DNA from: a virus | Lineage: Duplodnaviria > Heunggongvirae > Uroviricota > Caudoviricetes | Length of the DNA stretch: 38,662 nt | IMG/VR virus record: IMGVR_UViG_2695420482_000015 | Reading direction: 5' to 3' (one strand) | Shown here: piece by piece, positions 19,170 to 27,647 of the stretch | How the letters are laid out: the number at the start of each line of letters is the position of its first letter | How positions within the stretch are numbered: the first letter of the stretch is position 1 | Program-made: the position numbers and the translations under genes | The notes under the pieces: generated by a model | What the model saw: the letters and a program-made list of their open reading frames with translations, nothing else | Database searches by the model: none | What the model was told of the DNA's origin: nothing

Positions 19170-19383
19170 TTTGCTGTCCCGCGTTATGTTGTCGGAGACA
19201 GTTTGTGAGAAATGCAGGCCCGGCGATTTTAATCTGCTTTAGAAAACATCAGGGGAGAAGGACAGGGAAAGCAATACGGTGAACCGGAGGCGGTTATAAA
19301 ACAGAGGCTGTAAAGCCTTTATAAAGGTAATACAGCCCCTCATTCGCTGGCAATGATAAATCACCCGCCTGAAGAGAGAAAAC
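19170..19383 (-). promoter_or_regulatory. Intergenic region upstream of the protease/scaffold gene; candidate late promoter with nested palindrome
   Basis: 214-nt non-coding gap inside a tightly packed head operon, at the position of Mu P_I. Contains ggctgta-aag-CCTTTATAAAGG-taa-tacagcc. Confidence 0.35.
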
Positions 19384-19842
19384 TCAGCGACGGGCCGCTG
19401 ATTCAAGATGGCGGACAATGGTATCGAGGATGGGGATTACCACTTCAGGCTGTAGTTCTCCATCCCCCGTCACCGGCAGGAACGGGCGGGCCGGAAGTTC
19501 AACAGACTCATTACGCCCCGTTTTACCCCCGAACTGGTGAATGGCACCGTAAACAACGTTGGTCCCCACAACAGCCTGCCGGTCGTCATGGTCGGTTGAT
19601 ACTGACCCCATCAGACGCCCGGTATCCTGCAGTGTCTGCCCGTCACGCTCTTCCGCTGCCAGCGAGGGCATCCACCCCGGACGCCCCTCATCAAGAAAGT
19701 TAAACTGTGTTTCCGCCAGCAGGGTTCCGGCAATTTTGCGCATCGCGGGCTCCAGGTCTGTGGCAGCAAGATCCAGCGCACGGAGGCTCCGGCGCAGGGA
19801 TTTATCGTTAATGGTGATACTGACCAGGTTATCGGAAGCCAT
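19384..19842 (-). CDS. Virion morphogenesis protein (Mu G-like)
   Basis: 152 aa; Mu G-family sequence; between F-like and I-like genes. Confidence 0.8.
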   Translation of the reverse strand: MASDNLVSITINDKSLRRSLRALDLAATDLEPAMRKIAGTLLAETQFNFLDEGRPGWMPSLAAEERDGQTLQDTGRLMGSVSTDHDDRQAVVGTNVVYGAIHQFGGKTGRNESVELPARPFLPVTGDGELQPEVVIPILDTIVRHLESAARR

Positions 19843-19844
19843 TG

Positions 19845-20666
19845 TTATCCTCTCAGTTCCTGTTGTGCCAGTGGCTGAAGCGTACCCTGATAGCGGGCCA
19901 GGTCGGGACGGTATGCTGCCCCCGGTGCATAAGACCAGCCGACGTCGGTGGTCACCTTCGTGGTGCCGGTATTAAAGGTGGCCACGTTCCGCATTTCGCC
20001 GGTTTTCTCTGAGACCAGTTTCAGTTCCTGGCCCATGGCAGAGCCGGAGCTGATAACCTTCAGGCCACGGGCACGTACATCCGCCGCACTCAGGGCAATC
20101 ACACTACAGCGGCAGCGCCAGCCGTTCGGCGGGTAAAATGCCTGCCAGAACGGGTCATCCCAGCGCAGCACCAGACCATGCAGCGCCAGATGGCTCCTGC
20201 GGGTATGGCTGTCGTTGATGCCGGTATACATCCAGTACGGCCTGTCGTCGACGTTTTCCATCTGTTCCGCCCAACGACCGGCGCTGTAGAGTACGGACAT
20301 ATTGGTGCGAAAGATGGTATCGAGCCGCCACGGACTGCCCTGCTGAATGGTGACTGGCTCACCCGTTACCGGGTCAGTCGTGTCACGTGGTCCCCACCAT
20401 CCCTTACGCTTCAGCACCGGCTCCAGCTCCTGCCGGAACCAGCGATCGGTTTTTCCTTCATCGACAGCCTGCTGCAGTGCCCCGCGAATATCTTCCAGGA
20501 TATCCAGGCGGGTCACTTTAGCAACGGTAAAGGCGCGGGCATGGGCCTCCTGCCACATTTCTTCCCAGTCCCAGGTAATCTGATACCCTTTGGACTTCAG
20601 GTAGTTGATTGCCCGCTTCGGGGGAAGCGTCATGCAGTACGCCAGTTCAGCCGTTGTCACGCTCAT
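19845..20666 (-). CDS. Head morphogenesis protein (Mu F-like / minor head)
   Basis: 273 aa with NGWRCRCS-type motif; follows portal. Confidence 0.85.
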   Translation of the reverse strand: MSVTTAELAYCMTLPPKRAINYLKSKGYQITWDWEEMWQEAHARAFTVAKVTRLDILEDIRGALQQAVDEGKTDRWFRQELEPVLKRKGWWGPRDTTDPVTGEPVTIQQGSPWRLDTIFRTNMSVLYSAGRWAEQMENVDDRPYWMYTGINDSHTRRSHLALHGLVLRWDDPFWQAFYPPNGWRCRCSVIALSAADVRARGLKVISSGSAMGQELKLVSEKTGEMRNVATFNTGTTKVTTDVGWSYAPGAAYRPDLARYQGTLQPLAQQELRG

Positions 20667-22143
20667 GCAGACGCCCCCAGATATTTGTCACAAAGAGAAT
20701 GCGGGCCAGCCGCTCCTGCAGATCGTCCGTGTTCATCTGAGGGTAGAGCTCCGCCAGTTCGCCCAGCAGCTCAGACGGGTTAACCCCATTTTCGACCCGC
20801 CTGAACAGAGGTGCCAGGACGGGTTCCAGCGTGCCATTTAACGCGCCTCCGTTCATCAGAATGTCCAGCGCGTCGTCAAGCTGCTGCTGAGCCTGAATAT
20901 CAGCATCAATCGCCTCGGCAAATGACAGCGGCAGCATGTTATTCTGTCGTTCCGACGGTGGTGTCTCGTCAATATCGCCGTCCTGCAGTTGGTACTCACG
21001 CTTGAAGTACTGCGGGGTCAGACGCAGACCCGCCCGGGTGAGTTTTTCGTCGCGGGTGGCACGGGTGTCATCAATGGCCTCCTGTTCCCACATGGCCCAG
21101 ACCGGACACGGCACATCGCCGAAGTTCAGGGTGACCACCGTTCTGATGACCTGATTCACTGCCGCCTGAATGATGTCCGCATCCGCATCGCGGATATCAG
21201 CCGTTACCTCCAGCCCGGCCTGTGCAGAGGCCTTGTTACTGTTCGCTTCCGTGGTCTGATTCTGACCGAGTAATGCAATGGAGATCTCACTGCGTGACAG
21301 TGTGATCAGCTCGCGGAATACCTCGCTGCTGTCCGCCTTACCATCCGCGGCTTTGAGTTCGATGCTGCTGTCATCGGGGATGGCGGCCACCGCGTCCTCC
21401 ACCATCTGCTCCATGGAGTCCAGCAGTTTTTCAATCTCTGCATCATTTGCACCCCTCGGGTGCTTACCGATCACCCACGGGGAGCCAAACTTTTCGGCAA
21501 AGCGGAGCCAGAATTTCATCCCGCCTTTCTTGAAGGCGACCGGCCAGAAGCACATGGACAGGTCCGGGAAACCGTAAGGATTGTCATACGAGGCATCCTG
21601 TGCCGGCACCACGAATTTTGACGGTGACAGCAGCTCACCCTCCACACCCGCATCACGCGCCCGGAAGCGCAGGCAGTTGTCCGTATCAAACTGAAACCAC
21701 TCAGGCGGTTTGCCGACAATATCCGTCACCGCCCACGACCTGACCGAACGGCCCCACATGATTTCACAGGGCTGATACCCGTAGAGCACGGCATCGCTCA
21801 TTTCACCGATGATGCGGGACAGATCCAGATCGTCGAGCATGTCGCGGATGAAACGGAAGACCCGGGCAGAGGCGTGACCACGCTCCAGTCCACGCTCCAG
21901 CGATTTAAGCGCTGCTTTACGTCTGCGGATACAGCCCCCGACCAGCGGGTCGGTGCGCAGTTCGCGGTAGATACGGATATCCCGTCCCTGAGCCTTGAGA
22001 ATGGGATCAGGATTGGGCAGATACATGCCCAGTCCGTAAAAGTCGATCGCGCGGCTGCGGGAGGCAATCTGCGCGGTCAGTGATTTCTGAGGCTCAGAAA
22101 AAGCAACAAATTCATCGGGTGAAACCCAGATACCCCTCGCCAT
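20647..22143 (-). CDS. Portal protein (Mu gp29-like)
   Basis: 498 aa; follows terminase large subunit. Confidence 0.9.
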   Translation of the reverse strand: MARGIWVSPDEFVAFSEPQKSLTAQIASRSRAIDFYGLGMYLPNPDPILKAQGRDIRIYRELRTDPLVGGCIRRRKAALKSLERGLERGHASARVFRFIRDMLDDLDLSRIIGEMSDAVLYGYQPCEIMWGRSVRSWAVTDIVGKPPEWFQFDTDNCLRFRARDAGVEGELLSPSKFVVPAQDASYDNPYGFPDLSMCFWPVAFKKGGMKFWLRFAEKFGSPWVIGKHPRGANDAEIEKLLDSMEQMVEDAVAAIPDDSSIELKAADGKADSSEVFRELITLSRSEISIALLGQNQTTEANSNKASAQAGLEVTADIRDADADIIQAAVNQVIRTVVTLNFGDVPCPVWAMWEQEAIDDTRATRDEKLTRAGLRLTPQYFKREYQLQDGDIDETPPSERQNNMLPLSFAEAIDADIQAQQQLDDALDILMNGGALNGTLEPVLAPLFRRVENGVNPSELLGELAELYPQMNTDDLQERLARILFVTNIWGRLHERDNG

Positions 22144-23738
22144 CAGAATCCCTCCAGCATACGGGCCGCCTGACGACGACGGCGTGAGCTTGCCTTCACC
22201 GGCCCTTTGTTAATTTCACGGCTGGCGAAATACGCCAGCGCCAGTGCGATGGCTGAATCCCCGTGGCGTTTACCACCGTCAGCCTTTGCTTTTGAGCGTT
22301 GCTCCGGTACGCGGGGGACACCGTTCACCACCTGAACGGCCCGCAGGTCATCCAGTGTGTCTTCATCCTTTGGTAAGTCCACCAGGTTACCGTCTTCCAG
22401 TGCAGCTTTGACCGGAGGCATATGCTCCCGGTACCAGCCTTCGGTTGGCATCACCTGCTGAACCCGGCTGGAGCCGTAGCGCTGCATGGCGTATTCAGCC
22501 AGATAGGCACCATTACCACGGGCATCAAACGCTGCACCCAGCAGACCGGGCAGGCCATCCATCAGATACCAGGTGATTTGCTCCTGCTGTCTGAACGGCA
22601 CGTTACGCAGCTCCAGTACGAATGGCACGCGTCGTACCAGGTTCTTCTCCTGCAGCAGGGGATAGTCCACCGACAAATCACCGCTACGGCCAAAGTCGCG
22701 CCCCAGGAAAGAGCGGGCATCAGTGGGGAGTGCCTCCAGCAAGGGTTTCAGATACTCATCAAGCCAGTCCTGCGTCTCGCGGAAGCGAACCTCATCAGAC
22801 AGCAGTTCATAACCTTCCTTGCAGGTCAGACGCAATACCGGCGTATCAGCGGACATGCGGGACTCTATCAGGGCACGGGACAGCCAGGCACCGCCACCGT
22901 TGGCCGGAATACAGTCAAGCTCTTCGGATGCGCCGGCACCGTAGAATTTGTACACCGATGCCATCCAGGCCTGCTCGGATGCCTCCGACCATTCCTTCCC
23001 GGTGCGCAGACAGACGCGCCGGAACAGCCCCTCAGATACGGCTTCCCGGAAAGTGATGCGATGTATGCTGCCTCCCTGACGTCCGGCACGGATATCCCCG
23101 ATAAGCGTATTGAACGGATTGTCGTCACCGTTATGGGTGGAGATAACGCGTACCTTTCCCCCCCAGATAAGCATCGCCAGCGCCGCTTTCAGCAGTTCGT
23201 CCAGTTGCTCATGGAACGCCGCTTCGTCGATAACAATAATACCCTGACGGCCACGCAGGTTAGACGGGCGGCTGGAGAGCGCAACAATACGAAAGCCGGA
23301 GTCAGGAAATTTGATGGTGTAAGTCCTGATGTGTTTGTCGTCGTCGTCCTCTTCCCAGAATCCTTCTTCAATTTCACTGGCCGCATAGTTGAATGCCCGT
23401 GCCCACATCGCACACGCCTGAATGTATTCGACGGTCATGTCCTGGTTATAAGCGATGTAATACACATTCATCCCGCCTGCTGGCGCAGAAGAGGCGGCGG
23501 TCAGTACGTTATCGGATGCCTCAGCCCATGTAATACCGGTACGACGGCTCTTTTCTATCACCTTAAGCGGAGAGGTGTCTGCCACCCAGCGCTGCTGGTA
23601 AGGCAACAGAACGGGAGGGGCATCCAGCGCCGAGGTATCAGGCAAAACGGGAGCAAGGTTATTCCTCCCGTCCATGGGACTCATCCCTTCGGGGCCGCCG
23701 CCAGCGGCGTTTAAAATCACTCCGGATGATTTTGTCAT
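22143..23738 (-). CDS. Terminase large subunit (Mu gp28-like)
   Basis: 531 aa; ATPase/nuclease terminase character; synteny. Confidence 0.9.
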   Translation of the reverse strand: MTKSSGVILNAAGGGPEGMSPMDGRNNLAPVLPDTSALDAPPVLLPYQQRWVADTSPLKVIEKSRRTGITWAEASDNVLTAASSAPAGGMNVYYIAYNQDMTVEYIQACAMWARAFNYAASEIEEGFWEEDDDDKHIRTYTIKFPDSGFRIVALSSRPSNLRGRQGIIVIDEAAFHEQLDELLKAALAMLIWGGKVRVISTHNGDDNPFNTLIGDIRAGRQGGSIHRITFREAVSEGLFRRVCLRTGKEWSEASEQAWMASVYKFYGAGASEELDCIPANGGGAWLSRALIESRMSADTPVLRLTCKEGYELLSDEVRFRETQDWLDEYLKPLLEALPTDARSFLGRDFGRSGDLSVDYPLLQEKNLVRRVPFVLELRNVPFRQQEQITWYLMDGLPGLLGAAFDARGNGAYLAEYAMQRYGSSRVQQVMPTEGWYREHMPPVKAALEDGNLVDLPKDEDTLDDLRAVQVVNGVPRVPEQRSKAKADGGKRHGDSAIALALAYFASREINKGPVKASSRRRRQAARMLEGF

Positions 23739-24280
23739 GTGGCAATCCCCAGAATCTCGCGACGAAGCGCCTGTACTGCGTCGCTTGACAGTCCCCCCTT
23801 ACGGGCAATTTTCTCGGCGTTGCTGGCTGCCTGCTGCGCTCTGGCCCGTACTTCAGACTGGAACTTTTTGAGGTTGACGGACGCGCGGGACAGCGTAGCC
23901 ACATTCTTCGCCACCTTCGACAGCAGGGCCACGCGTTCTTTAGGATCGACTTCGCCTTCTTCCGCCTCCTGCAACTGGACAATACTCTCGAACAGCTCGG
24001 TCTGAATAAGGGCTATCACAGCCTCCGAACGCGCATCCTGATCGTCTGCTGCGCCTTCGGTCAGCATGCGGGCCGCTTCTGTTGCCGCACGGATAGCACC
24101 ATAGCGGCGCTCAATCTTCTGTCCATAGCGATGGATAGCGGATTTGCTGATGACGTACCCCCGCTCACGCAGCAGGGACTCCAGCTCGTTATACCCGCTG
24201 AAGCCGGATTCAGTCAGCGCCCGTTCAAGCCAGCGGCGCACGTCTTCCGGCAGCTTTTCTATTGTGCTGCGTCTGGCCAT
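23735..24280 (-). CDS. Terminase small subunit-like protein (Mu gp27-like)
   Basis: 181 aa; N-terminal DNA-binding-like region and coiled-coil; upstream of terminase large subunit. Confidence 0.7.
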   Translation of the reverse strand: MARRSTIEKLPEDVRRWLERALTESGFSGYNELESLLRERGYVISKSAIHRYGQKIERRYGAIRAATEAARMLTEGAADDQDARSEAVIALIQTELFESIVQLQEAEEGEVDPKERVALLSKVAKNVATLSRASVNLKKFQSEVRARAQQAASNAEKIARKGGLSSDAVQALRREILGIAT

Positions 24281-24591
24281 TATTCACTCCAGTACTTTTC
24301 CGGGCGGGCAATACCCGGACCACATTCCACGGTGTATTCCACCAGGTCTACGCCGAGGCGGGTCAGGTCAGCAAACCAGTCGCCAGAAGGTTTTTTCTCC
24401 AGATCAACCATTTTACGGTCAGCCAGATAATCCAGTTCGCGGCGCAGTTCCAGCGGTGTGGTGTCCGGGTAGATGGCACGGGACACATCCAGCAGCAGCG
24501 TCTCGCTGGCGGTGTAAGGGCGGGTCTTGTTCAGGGCAACCAGCAGACTCCAGCGCAGGGATTCGCGGCGTACCCGGGTAATATCGACCAT
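24280..24591 (-). CDS. Conserved phage protein (Mu gp26 position)
   Basis: 103 aa ORF between lysis cassette and terminase genes. Confidence 0.5.
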   Translation of the reverse strand: MVDITRVRRESLRWSLLVALNKTRPYTASETLLLDVSRAIYPDTTPLELRRELDYLADRKMVDLEKKPSGDWFADLTRLGVDLVEYTVECGPGIARPEKYWSE

Positions 24592-24917
24592 TATTGACCT
24601 CCGGTATTGCGGTACTGCTGTACCACTTCCAGTTTGTTGTAGAGCGCGTCCAGTTTGGCCTCGATGACTGTCTGGCCACGGATATAATCCTCGCGACGGA
24701 CATAATTCAGCGGTAAATCCGCTTTAAATCGCATAAATTCTTTTTCCAGCTCGCCCCAGTTGGAGGCGGACTGTTGCAGGGCCTGTTCAAGGGAGGCGAA
24801 TCGTGCCGCCTGGCGTTCTTCTGTTTTACTGAACAACCATTTGGCGAGCCCTCCCACAAACCCCATGAAGGTGAGCAGAAAACTCACCACCGTCCAGAAT
24901 TCAACCTGCAGTGTCAT
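24591..24917 (-). CDS. Lysis-associated membrane protein (Mu gp25 releasin-like)
   Basis: 108 aa; single N-terminal TM helix plus coiled coil; directly after the spanins. Confidence 0.55.
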   Translation of the reverse strand: MTLQVEFWTVVSFLLTFMGFVGGLAKWLFSKTEERQAARFASLEQALQQSASNWGELEKEFMRFKADLPLNYVRREDYIRGQTVIEAKLDALYNKLEVVQQYRNTGGQ

Positions 24918-25564
24918 TTCTGTAATCCTTCCCGTTCATCCAGTAACGCGTTTATCTGGTTCCGCCAGCGACGACATTGTCCTGCGTTGTCGATGATGTT
25001 GGCGAGAACGTCACGCTGGGAGACACCCGAATCGCGTAACCGGGTGTCAGTGGTTTCAGGTTGCCCGGTCGCTGTGCCAGAGCGGGTGCCAGCGGCGGCA
25101 ACTGAGTCTGAATGACCGGTGTCGACGGATGCGTTGTCATATCCGAGTGCGGCGTTGTACTGGCGCACGAAACCGCGAGTAAACACGCACTCAATGGGAT
25201 GGCTCTTACCTTTTTCATCAATCCAGCGCTGTGTGACATCGTTAATTTGCCCCTGTAGTTGTTTGTTCCGGCTCTCCAGTTGAGCAATCTGCTCAAGATA
25301 ACCGGCTTCAGCCCGCTGCCCGGCGGCCACCTGCTCCTGATACCGTCTGGCCCAGGCCCGCAGCGCAGCATTCTCAAGCGTTGCCTGCTCCGTTTTGTAC
25401 GCGTCAAATGCTGACTGCAACTGACTGAGCGCGGTATCACCGTCACGCTTTGCAGAGTCATGACCACTTCTGTATCCCATGGCATACAGGCCGACCAGAA
25501 AGGCATTGATAAGAATGGCCAGCAGAATGCCGCGCCACGGCAGCTTTTTAACCAGATGCCGCAC
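24914..25564 (-). CDS. i-spanin (Rz-like)
   Basis: N-terminal TM (WRGILLAILINAFLVGLY) then coiled-coil periplasmic domain; o-spanin gene embedded. Start uncertain: GTG at ~25564 preferred; the full ORF reaches 25666. Confidence 0.75.
   Translation of the reverse strand: MRHLVKKLPWRGILLAILINAFLVGLYAMGYRSGHDSAKRDGDTALSQLQSAFDAYKTEQATLENAALRAWARRYQEQVAAGQRAEAGYLEQIAQLESRNKQLQGQINDVTQRWIDEKGKSHPIECVFTRGFVRQYNAALGYDNASVDTGHSDSVAAAGTRSGTATGQPETTDTRLRDSGVSQRDVLANIIDNAGQCRRWRNQINALLDEREGLQK
24952..25218 (-). CDS. o-spanin (Rz1-like lipoprotein), embedded in the i-spanin gene in another frame
   Basis: MKKVRAIPLSACLLAVSC: lipoprotein signal with lipobox Cys, followed by a Pro-rich short mature domain. 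Confidence 0.75.
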   Translation of the reverse strand: MKKVRAIPLSACLLAVSCASTTPHSDMTTHPSTPVIQTQLPPLAPALAQRPGNLKPLTPGYAIRVSPSVTFSPTSSTTQDNVVAGGTR

Positions 25565-26282
25565 AACTGCTGCCTCCCCATGTGAGATATCGCGGTGCCA
25601 GTTCGCGCAGGATGCGCTGCGGATAATGGCGGTTCTCCCGCCAGCTGGCCGCATTGCGTCCGGCATTCACCGTGGCGACATGTCCGAACCAGCGGGTGCT
25701 GTCCAGACCTTTCTGTGATGCAAGCCGCCTGTCCCGTTGTACCCAGCCCAGACCACCGTTATAGCCCGACAGTGTCATGGCCATACGCTCGCAGTCACTG
25801 GCGGCGCTGACACGCTGCCACAGCCAGCGGTCATAGCTGACCAGCGCCCGGATAGCCCATGCCGGATTAAACGGCTCACGACTGCTCAGCATCGGTATCA
25901 ACTGGCTTATCCAGTCGGCAGTGGCAGGCATGAACTGCGCCAGTCCCTGAGCGCCAGCCGGCGAGATCGCATCAGGTCGCCAGCCGCTTTCCTGATGCAG
26001 TTGCGCGGCGAAATCGGCCACCGGCGCAGACAGTCCCCATTCAAGCCGGGCATTACGGATCACATCATCGCGATACTGCAGCGCAGCCTGCGGGGGCTGC
26101 GCTGCGCATGCCTGGCTGAAAAAGCCGCCACACCAGAGCAGCCAGACAATCACCAGGTTGCCAGCAAGCTGCCACCAGAAGCTGTATTTATCGTTACGTG
26201 GTTCTCCGTGTCTGATGGCGGTTACGCCCAGACCAAAGGCGAACAGAATAATGAGGGTGATTTGAGGCCAGTTCATGGTCAC
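25548..26282 (-). CDS. Endolysin, lytic transglycosylase with N-terminal signal-anchor (SAR-type)
   Basis: 244 aa; hydrophobic N-terminus then transglycosylase-like catalytic region (…LHQESGWRPDAISPAGAQGLAQFMP…). Confidence 0.85.
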   Translation of the reverse strand: MTMNWPQITLIILFAFGLGVTAIRHGEPRNDKYSFWWQLAGNLVIVWLLWCGGFFSQACAAQPPQAALQYRDDVIRNARLEWGLSAPVADFAAQLHQESGWRPDAISPAGAQGLAQFMPATADWISQLIPMLSSREPFNPAWAIRALVSYDRWLWQRVSAASDCERMAMTLSGYNGGLGWVQRDRRLASQKGLDSTRWFGHVATVNAGRNAASWRENRHYPQRILRELAPRYLTWGGSSCAASG

Positions 26283-26629
26283 AGTCCTGTTGCCACAGCC
26301 AGGCAGACCGCTGCAACAATCAGTGCACGGCGGATTAACGCAGCAGAAAACACCAGGTGAAGGCCGGTCTGTACCGGGAAACGCCCTTCAGCCATCAGCC
26401 TGTCGTCATGTTTCAGGTACTGACCGGGACGGGCTTTGGGGAAGAGCGAACGGTCAAGCCAGTAACCCAGCACTGCTGCCAGCGTGATAAGTGCCAGCTT
26501 GTAGATCACAACAGGCAACTGCTGTGGCGAGACCAGAGCGATGATGCCCAGCAACAGCACTGAGGTCAGCAGCCAGCCGCTGAGGCGAGGTTTTTTAACA
26601 GGGGGAATGAATTTTTTCAGGTTTTTCAT
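26279..26629 (-). CDS. Putative holin / lysis membrane protein
   Basis: ~116 aa from the ATG preceded by GAGGAGA; two predicted TM segments; first gene of the lysis cassette, start overlaps endolysin. Confidence 0.55.
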   Translation of the reverse strand: MKNLKKFIPPVKKPRLSGWLLTSVLLLGIIALVSPQQLPVVIYKLALITLAAVLGYWLDRSLFPKARPGQYLKHDDRLMAEGRFPVQTGLHLVFSAALIRRALIVAAVCLAVATGL

Positions 26630-26743
26630 GTGTGTCTCCTCGTTTGGTGGAGACAGCATCACAAATGTGGCGGGATACGGATTTTAAACAGCGTTAATAG
26701 TGAAGATGTAAACGTGCACTGCATGATGACTTTGAAAGAACGA

Positions 26744-26771
26744 CCAGCCCGGTACCCGAACACCGGGCTGG
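26744..26771. other. Perfect 9-bp inverted repeat stem-loop (ccagcccgg…ccgggctgg) in the dam/lysis divergent intergenic region
   Basis: Seen directly; no clear U-tract on either strand. Confidence 0.4.
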
Positions 26772-26876
26772 CCATCGCCCCACAGGAATGCGCTGTGAGC
26801 CGACCGAGGTTCAGTCAGTCTCGCGAGACCAGACTAGCCTGCCATATTTTTTATAATTGTAAAAGGCTTACAGATT

Positions 26877-27647
26877 ATGAAAATGCAGACATTACCCATC
26901 GTTCCATGGATTGGTGGCAAACGCCGCCTTGCAAAACACATCCTGCCGCTGTTTCCGGCGCATGAATGTTATGTGGAGCCGTTTTGTGGGGCAGCAGCGC
27001 TCTATTTTCTTAAGGTACCCGGCAAGATCGAAGTCATTAATGATATCAACGGTGAACTGGTGAACCTGTATCGGGTGGTAAAACATCATCTGGAAGAATT
27101 TGTACGCCAGTTCAAATGGGCGCTGGTCAGCCGGCAGATCTACAAATGGCTGCAGATCACCCCGGAAGAAACACTGACGGATATCCAGCGTGCAGCACGG
27201 TTCTACTACCTTCAGAAGCAGGCGTTTGGAGGCAAGGTGGCGGAGCACAGCTTTGGTACCTCCACCATATCCCCGCCACGCTTCAACCTGCTGCGTATTG
27301 AAGAAGAACTGTCAGCGGCACACCTGCGGCTTTCCAGAACGGTCATAGAACACATGGACTGGCAACAGTGCATAGAACGATATGATCGCCCGCATACGTT
27401 GTTCTACTGTGACCCTCCATACTGGGGAACGGAAGGTTATGGTGTGGAGTTCGGACTAGAAAATTATGATCATATGGCAGATTTAGCACGCAGGATCAAA
27501 GGGAAGATGATTATATCGGTGAACGATATCCCGGAAATGCGGCAGGCATTCAACGGTCTAAATATTCAGTCGGTTGATATCAGCTACAACCTCAAGATCA
27601 CTGGCAAATCCAGTCGCAAGAAGGAACTCATTATCCTCAACTTTTGA
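26877..27647 (+). CDS. DNA N6-adenine methyltransferase (Dam-like, orphan)
   Basis: 256 aa; N-terminal WIGGKRRL and FCGAAALYF AdoMet-binding motifs and DPPY catalytic motif (FYCDPPYWGT); no adjacent restriction endonuclease gene recognised. Confidence 0.85.
   Translation: MKMQTLPIVPWIGGKRRLAKHILPLFPAHECYVEPFCGAAALYFLKVPGKIEVINDINGELVNLYRVVKHHLEEFVRQFKWALVSRQIYKWLQITPEETLTDIQRAARFYYLQKQAFGGKVAEHSFGTSTISPPRFNLLRIEEELSAAHLRLSRTVIEHMDWQQCIERYDRPHTLFYCDPPYWGTEGYGVEFGLENYDHMADLARRIKGKMIISVNDIPEMRQAFNGLNIQSVDISYNLKITGKSSRKKELIILNF

Noticed and set aside
22422-23714. 430-aa plus-strand ORF
   Set aside because: Lies entirely antisense within the terminase large-subunit gene in GC-rich DNA; low-complexity, Arg/Gly/Pro-rich translation typical of shadow ORFs.
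25565-25666. N-terminal extension of the Rz-like ORF back to 25666
   Set aside because: Would overlap the endolysin 3' end by about 100 nt and add 34 residues before the TM helix; the GTG at ~25564 gives a typical i-spanin N-terminus. Still uncertain.
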